DNA of 64,000 nucleotides, taken from the NCBI GenBank assembly GCA_003136635.1, contig PLFD01000035.1, positions 13,984-77,983 on the forward strand. The letters are read 5' to 3'. Source of the DNA: a candidate division FCPU426 bacterium (GTDB taxonomy: Bacteria > Oederibacteriota > Muellerivitia > Muellerivitales > Muellerivitaceae). Of this stretch, positions 58,918-64,000 are shown piece by piece. Position 1 is the stretch's first letter, and each line of letters begins with the position of its first letter. The position numbers were made by a program, and so were the translations under genes. The notes below the pieces were generated by a model, which was not told the origin of the DNA, did no database searches, and saw nothing but the letters and a program-made list of their open reading frames with translations.

Positions 58918-60711
58918 TTAAAAACCCTTAAATTGCAGAACCCGGTAGTTATTCGAATCCACCACAAATACATTTGGTGGAGTCGCCCCATCTACTGCAA
59001 TGGCCGTTAGATTGTTGAAGGTTGAAGGTGTTATCGAACCACCTAACGAGGGTCCCCACGTCGCTTTAAAAACACCAGACGTAGTCATTTCAACCACGCG
59101 GTTATTGCCCGTATCAGCAATAAAAAGTAATTGAGGAGACGCCACTGTATCCAACGCGATCCCTTGTGGACCTAAAAAAGCTTTGGGATTAAAAGGATTA
59201 TTGTCAGTGGTCCAAGTATTGCCAGAAATACCGTTCGCGTCATAAGTCTCTACCTGATTATGGCCTGCATCCGCCACATAAACTGTTGTGCCATCAGTCG
59301 CGATGCCAGTCGAACTCGTACTAGTTCCAATTTGTCCGTTCCAAAAAGTAGTAGCCGGACCTGATGAAGTTGTTGGATAGTTAGCAACCAATACATCAGC
59401 AAATCCACCAGTGCCAGAATCAGTAATATAAATATCTTTCGGATAAGTCCCTGAATTCGGCGAAGCCGCCACAAATTCCGGCGAGAAAAATTCTGCCTGA
59501 TTAGCCTTAGGAATGGTATCCGGTAATGTTCCAGCCCCAAAACCTACAGATCCCCCAAAACCCCAAGTCCCCATAGCAAACATCGAAACTTTTTTACCAA
59601 TCGCGTCTGCCACATAAATTGTCGCGCCCGCCGAATCGACCGCCAACCCATTTGCTGAATTAAGATTACTTATACCAAAAGTTGCAACCGGTGTTGCGAC
59701 AGCGTTAAACACATGCACACAAGCAACAGCATTTGAAGTCGTTGACCCGCCATCCGAAACAAAAATACTAGTCGCCGCACCATTCGAAGGATAAACCGCT
59801 ATCCCATAACTATTAGATGTAATTCCGTTAAAGACCAACTGCGGTGCGTAAGGCGATCCGTCCACTTTAGACTGTTCGTATCCACAGTAATTCAGCGTTG
59901 TGTTCAAACGAAAAACAAAACCAGGTCCTGAAACGCCCGGTACGCCCGCGCTTGTAATTTGAAGCCAAGCGTACCCGCCCGTTAGTATTTTCACGCAATA
60001 AACATCGCCGTTTGTCACCGGTTGAGCGTTTCCACCCAAAACAGCCGCTTTGGAGGTGCTAGAACTATTACTAAATCTGGAACTGGATGGAACCGTTAAA
60101 TAATTAACAAAATTGCCATTACCCATATAAGCCACCGTGCTATTGGCGAAAGATGGATTTTCCAACGCTTAACCCAAACTACCAACCGCATTGCACACCA
60201 TATCCAAACTCGCAATGGTTGTCGGCGTATTAGCCCCAACAAAAGTCGTCGTATAATTCTCAAACCCAAACGCGTCACCAGCGGCCAAATTAGAAACCTG
60301 ATAATAATTTTTGGTTAGAGGTCCTAATGTAACCGAACCAGTTCCGGGCAACGCTGAAGCGCCTATTGCCAAAGCTTGCTGTGTGGCACTATTGCTGATC
60401 TCAACAGAAAGGAGATTGTAGTTGCTAACACCATTGGGGATGTCGACAGGAATACTAATCAGACCCGTAAGAGCCGAAGCTGAAACAGGACCGTAAGAAC
60501 CTGTTATTGACGCGCCAGCACCGCTAATGTTGTAAAGAATCAAATTTTGGGCCGCACCCACAATTTGCGCATTAGGATTTGATACTAGTTTGATAGTTAA
60601 ACTGGAACCACTGGCAGGTGAGAGGGGTTGACTACCCTTATTGCAACCCCAAAAAAGAGCTACAGGAATAAATGCTACTGCCAGAGAGACTGATAAACTT
60701 TTTAATTTCAC
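58918..60711 (-). pseudogene. NHL-repeat lipoprotein interrupted by one in-frame TAA (60169-60171)
   Basis: ORFs 60169..60771 and 58918..60165 share a frame: ...GSLG*ALENPS...; lipobox FWG-C in the first part, NHL repeats in the second; probable start GTG at 60711. Confidence 0.65.
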
Positions 60712-60830
60712 GTTAAAACCCGCTTTTAAGGTAATGAATTCTGAATAACGTAACAATTCTACAGCCCACACCTAACCCGTCAATGGCAATAGGGTAAAAA
60801 GCTAAATAACGTTTAACTTTTACCCGGCTT

Positions 60831-62888
60831 TTACTTTAGCACCGGAAAAGCCGTTATTCGAAGCCGGGTAGAGCCATAGGGAGACAATTCCAGCTTTTCT
60901 AAAGTTTCCATACTTTCAACCGGGCTTTGAGGCGGCGGCGCGGCGGCGCCCTCGGAAGATTGCCAACTATCCAATCGTCTGCCTTCCACCGTTACCTGAA
61001 TAGGTTCATTACCCGGATCAAAAGGATTACCCTTTAAAGGCCGCTGAGTGACCGTTAGCGATTGATTGGGATCGTTTGTATTTAAGGCTAAAGCATAGTT
61101 CCATGGGGTCTGAGGCATGGCGGCCCAATCAAACTTGCGGGGTCCGGCCGGTTGAAATTTAAAAGGCATAAAGTCAAACCACTTGGGCTTGAGACCTAAA
61201 CTAAAAACCAAAGGCCCCCGTTCCACGCTGACCGAATCCTGGTAGCCTTTTCGCAATTTAAATGGCATGGGCAATTGAAGCAAAAGCGTTTCGGTTCCAT
61301 TCCATTGTCTTGAAACTTCATGAAACTCACCGGGCTTCAACGACTCAATGGTGCCATCCGGCAGTTTTAAAGTCGCGCCCTGGGTCCATTCGGGGACCCG
61401 GAAATAGAGGGGAAATGTGGCAGGCCGGGCAGTGGTCACATTGAAAGTCAGACTTTCGCTAAAGGGGTAATTGGTCACTTCTTCTATATGTACGGCATCA
61501 CCCTGAACCTGGGTATCGACCACGCAAGGCGCGTAAACCACCGCCGCCAATCCCCCTTCGGGCGATTCCATCCATAAATGAGAGGTCAGCTTGGGCCAGC
61601 CCTGGTGCATGTTGGCGGTACAGCAGCCGTATTGGGGTTCTAAACCAAAAATATTCGCGATTCCCGATACGGTGGCATAAATGGGCTGTTCCACATAAGC
61701 GCTGGCAACCTGATTGGATTGTTCCACATATTGATGGCGCCAATAGTCCGGCGTACAGGCGGCGGGTAACGCGTTATAGGCCACTTTTTCGAGCCGGTCC
61801 GCGAAGCGAACATCGCCGGTAACGGCCAAAGAGTTCTCAAGCGAAAACATCATTTCCACAATGACGCAAAGTTCCGTACCCTGTGAAGGATTCAGGCCCG
61901 CCAGACATTCGTCCGCGCTCATCAAGCCGTTGGGCTCGCCGTGATAACGGTCCAACTGTTCAATGGCCCGCCAGGCTAATTTTTTATAGCGGGCATCCCC
62001 CGTCAACCGGTACAACAACGCCGGCACCTTGAGACCCATGGCGTTATTCACGCCGTGCCCCACCCAGTTCCACCTTTCGGATTTATGCTTGAGCGGCAAA
62101 TCCCAAAAATGGGAAGTCCAGTTGTAACCTTGATTGGCGGCTTTCGCAGCCAGTTCCAACAGCCAGGGTTCATGGGTGCGGTCATAGAGCCAATAAACAC
62201 TCACCACCAGATCGCCCCAGCGGAAAAAGTTCCAGTTAAAGAGAGGGCGCTGGTCCAATTGAAGATCGATACTGCGCATGGATTTTTCCATCGCCGGAAT
62301 GATTCGGGGATCGCCGGTCGCTTCCTCGTATTGGCTCAGAACTTTAAGAATAATGAATTGGGGCCAGGGATCGCGAACCTCATTGGGCTGCGCTTTTCCG
62401 ATCAAACCATAAGCGGGATTTCCCCGTTCCGGTCCCAGCCAGCCGTCCGCGGTTTGGTGTTTGAGGATATAGTCCACCCAGTGTTTGGCTTTCGCCTTCA
62501 GTTTGGCGTCGTCGGTGAGATAGGCCATTGGCACCATGCCGTCCAGCCAATAGGGCGCCCTTTCCCAGCCTTCGGCCTTACCGCCAATCCAACCGCTGTC
62601 CTTCACGTCAGGCCAAAATTCGTCCAGATGGCCGGTTAGACCGGAAGATTGAAGTTTTAATTGTTCTAAAAGCCAGCCCTTTGGCATTACGCTTCCCAAA
62701 GGCAGAGGGTTAAAAACCGGGGCGGCCAGAGCGTCGAGCGGCGTATCATGACCGGGACGATTGGCCTGTATATATAGATACCAACCAAGGCAAACGGAAG
62801 CGCCGACGAAAAATATTGCCGCCAACCACCACAACCATAAAGCAGGTTTGGGTTTCGGGTTGATTGGATTCAGATTCATTTCGGGCAT
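60831..62888 (-). CDS. GH127-family beta-L-arabinofuranosidase-like glycoside hydrolase, N-terminally anchored
   Basis: GWERAPYWLDG, HGVN, DE, TELC..VE, DRLE..AYN, CCTANMHQGWP, T.YPF, RGPLVF. Confidence 0.85.
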   Translation of the reverse strand: MPEMNLNPINPKPKPALWLWWLAAIFFVGASVCLGWYLYIQANRPGHDTPLDALAAPVFNPLPLGSVMPKGWLLEQLKLQSSGLTGHLDEFWPDVKDSGWIGGKAEGWERAPYWLDGMVPMAYLTDDAKLKAKAKHWVDYILKHQTADGWLGPERGNPAYGLIGKAQPNEVRDPWPQFIILKVLSQYEEATGDPRIIPAMEKSMRSIDLQLDQRPLFNWNFFRWGDLVVSVYWLYDRTHEPWLLELAAKAANQGYNWTSHFWDLPLKHKSERWNWVGHGVNNAMGLKVPALLYRLTGDARYKKLAWRAIEQLDRYHGEPNGLMSADECLAGLNPSQGTELCVIVEMMFSLENSLAVTGDVRFADRLEKVAYNALPAACTPDYWRHQYVEQSNQVASAYVEQPIYATVSGIANIFGLEPQYGCCTANMHQGWPKLTSHLWMESPEGGLAAVVYAPCVVDTQVQGDAVHIEEVTNYPFSESLTFNVTTARPATFPLYFRVPEWTQGATLKLPDGTIESLKPGEFHEVSRQWNGTETLLLQLPMPFKLRKGYQDSVSVERGPLVFSLGLKPKWFDFMPFKFQPAGPRKFDWAAMPQTPWNYALALNTNDPNQSLTVTQRPLKGNPFDPGNEPIQVTVEGRRLDSWQSSEGAAAPPPQSPVESMETLEKLELSPYGSTRLRITAFPVLK

Positions 62889-62915
62889 TTCGACCTTCTG
62901 CTTTTAAAAGATTTC

Positions 62916-63004
62916 TTCACGGAGTACACCGAGTTTAACGGAGAAAACAGGGATTCATCATTTTAAAAGCCGAATACTCCCCATTAAACTCCGTCTTTTC
63001 CGTG
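62916..63004. repeat. Degenerate palindromic element (family A-related)
   Basis: ttcacggagtacaccgagtttaa...ttaaactccgtcttttccgtg. Confidence 0.5.
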
Positions 63005-63090
63005 TCATTCCCTTCGGCTGAATTCCCTTTGTTTTTGGCCCTTTCACCCTTATCCTACGGCCCTTCCAATTTGAAGCGTGAGGATGATCC

Positions 63091-64000
63091 GTGGGAATTC
63101 TGTTGAGCTGTCAAAACCTGTCGAAAAGCTTTGGGGCCAGGCCTCTTTTTGAAAACCTTTCTTTTGGCCTCTTTGAGGGAGAACGCACTGGCCTGATTGG
63201 CCCCAATGGTACAGGTAAATCCACTCTGCTTAAAATTTTAGCCGGCGTCGAAACCCAGGACGAAGGCCTTATTTCGGCCCGCAAGGGATTGCGCATCGGT
63301 TATCTACCCCAGCAGGAAAAATATGCCGACTTGGGACCGGACATTGACGTGCGCACAGTTTTAACCCAAGGCCTTCAAGGTTTAGGTTTGGAAGATTATG
63401 AGATCGACATTCGAATCGATGACGGACTGGAACAGGCGGGATTCAAAGACCCCGAACAAAAGGTTTCCAAACTCTCCGGCGGTTGGCGCAAACGGCTGGC
63501 CATCCTGACCCAGGTCTTGCGGGAACCCGATCTTCTTCTATTAGATGAACCGACCAACCATTTGGACCTGGAAGGTGTTCTTTGGCTGGAACGTTTTATG
63601 CAAAATCTGACCCTGTCCTTTTTGGTCGTTACCCATGACCGCCGCTTTTTGGAATATGTCAGCAACCGCGTCATCGAACTCAACAAGCGCTACCCCGAGG
63701 GCTTTTTCGGCAGCGAGGGAAACTACAGCAAGTTTTTGGAAAAACGCGAGGGGCTCTTTAACTCCCAGGCCAAACACGAGGACACCGTCGCCAACACGGT
63801 TCGCCGTGAAATCGAGTGGCTGAGCCGCGGCCCCAAAGCCCGCCAGACCAAGCAGCAGGCCCGCATTGACCGGGCCGGCGACCTGATGGACGAATTGGGC
63901 GAATTGAAATACCGCAACGATCAGAATAAAAACGTGGATATCGACTTTTCCGGCAGCGGCCGCCAGACCCAGCGCCTGGTTGCCGCCTCCAATGTGGGTA
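63091..64000 (+). CDS. ABC-F family ATPase (Uup-like), 3' end runs off the window; absent from the ORF track
   Basis: Manual translation from GTG: GPNGTGKSTLLK, LSGGWRKR, LLDEPTNHLD, THDRRFL, GNYS, EWL.RGPKAR.TKQ.AR. Confidence 0.9.
   Translation, partial: MGILLSCQNLSKSFGARPLFENLSFGLFEGERTGLIGPNGTGKSTLLKILAGVETQDEGLISARKGLRIGYLPQQEKYADLGPDIDVRTVLTQGLQGLGLEDYEIDIRIDDGLEQAGFKDPEQKVSKLSGGWRKRLAILTQVLREPDLLLLDEPTNHLDLEGVLWLERFMQNLTLSFLVVTHDRRFLEYVSNRVIELNKRYPEGFFGSEGNYSKFLEKREGLFNSQAKHEDTVANTVRREIEWLSRGPKARQTKQQARIDRAGDLMDELGELKYRNDQNKNVDIDFSGSGRQTQRLVAASNVG

Noticed and set aside
60169-60171. Stop-codon reassignment or Sec/Pyl readthrough
   Set aside because: The codon is TAA, which terminates many genes in this window; no other in-frame stops were seen
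63111-63917. Short ORFs listed at the right end
   Set aside because: Shadows or alternative frames of the partial ABC-F gene

Overview
Gene-dense bacterial chromosome segment, mostly on the minus strand and apparently not a mobile island. I found no rRNA, tRNA, CRISPR array or intact transposase. The organism looks like a diderm, non-Bacteroidota cell. The mix of Thr/Pro-linker surface proteins with T9SS-like/FlgD-Ig C-terminal domains, a PorV/PorQ-like protein and GSIII recalls candidate phylum FCPU426, but that is inference only. Main blocks: (1) 1-5183, ECF sigma + anti-sigma carrying a CTD-like domain + PorV/PorQ-TPR + CTD cargo + PL4 rhamnogalacturonan lyase; (2) housekeeping genes (glpK, GT83/GT2, hisN-like, FKBP, rhaD, ABC-2 exporter, patatin, beta-oxidation enzymes); (3) a 1884-aa NHL/LamG surface protein; (4) an orphan, elongated flgE behind a sigma28-like promoter; (5) a bufferin-type MNIO RiPP cluster (DUF2282-DUF692-DUF2063) whose precursor has lost both outer cysteines and has no DoxX partner, and which shares a GTAACY-N16-MGTA promoter with msrA and yceI; (6) a nitrogen island with four sigma54 promoters (GSIII, porin, an APC permease-PII fusion, glnK-amtB, and an N-terminally truncated KdpD/KdpE pair with an APC-USP transporter); (7) tandem pilT genes, an NHL lipoprotein split by one in-frame TAA, a GH127 enzyme and a partial ABC-F ATPase. 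Several intergenic palindromic repeat elements recur. All calls come from motif recognition by eye; no database searches were run.
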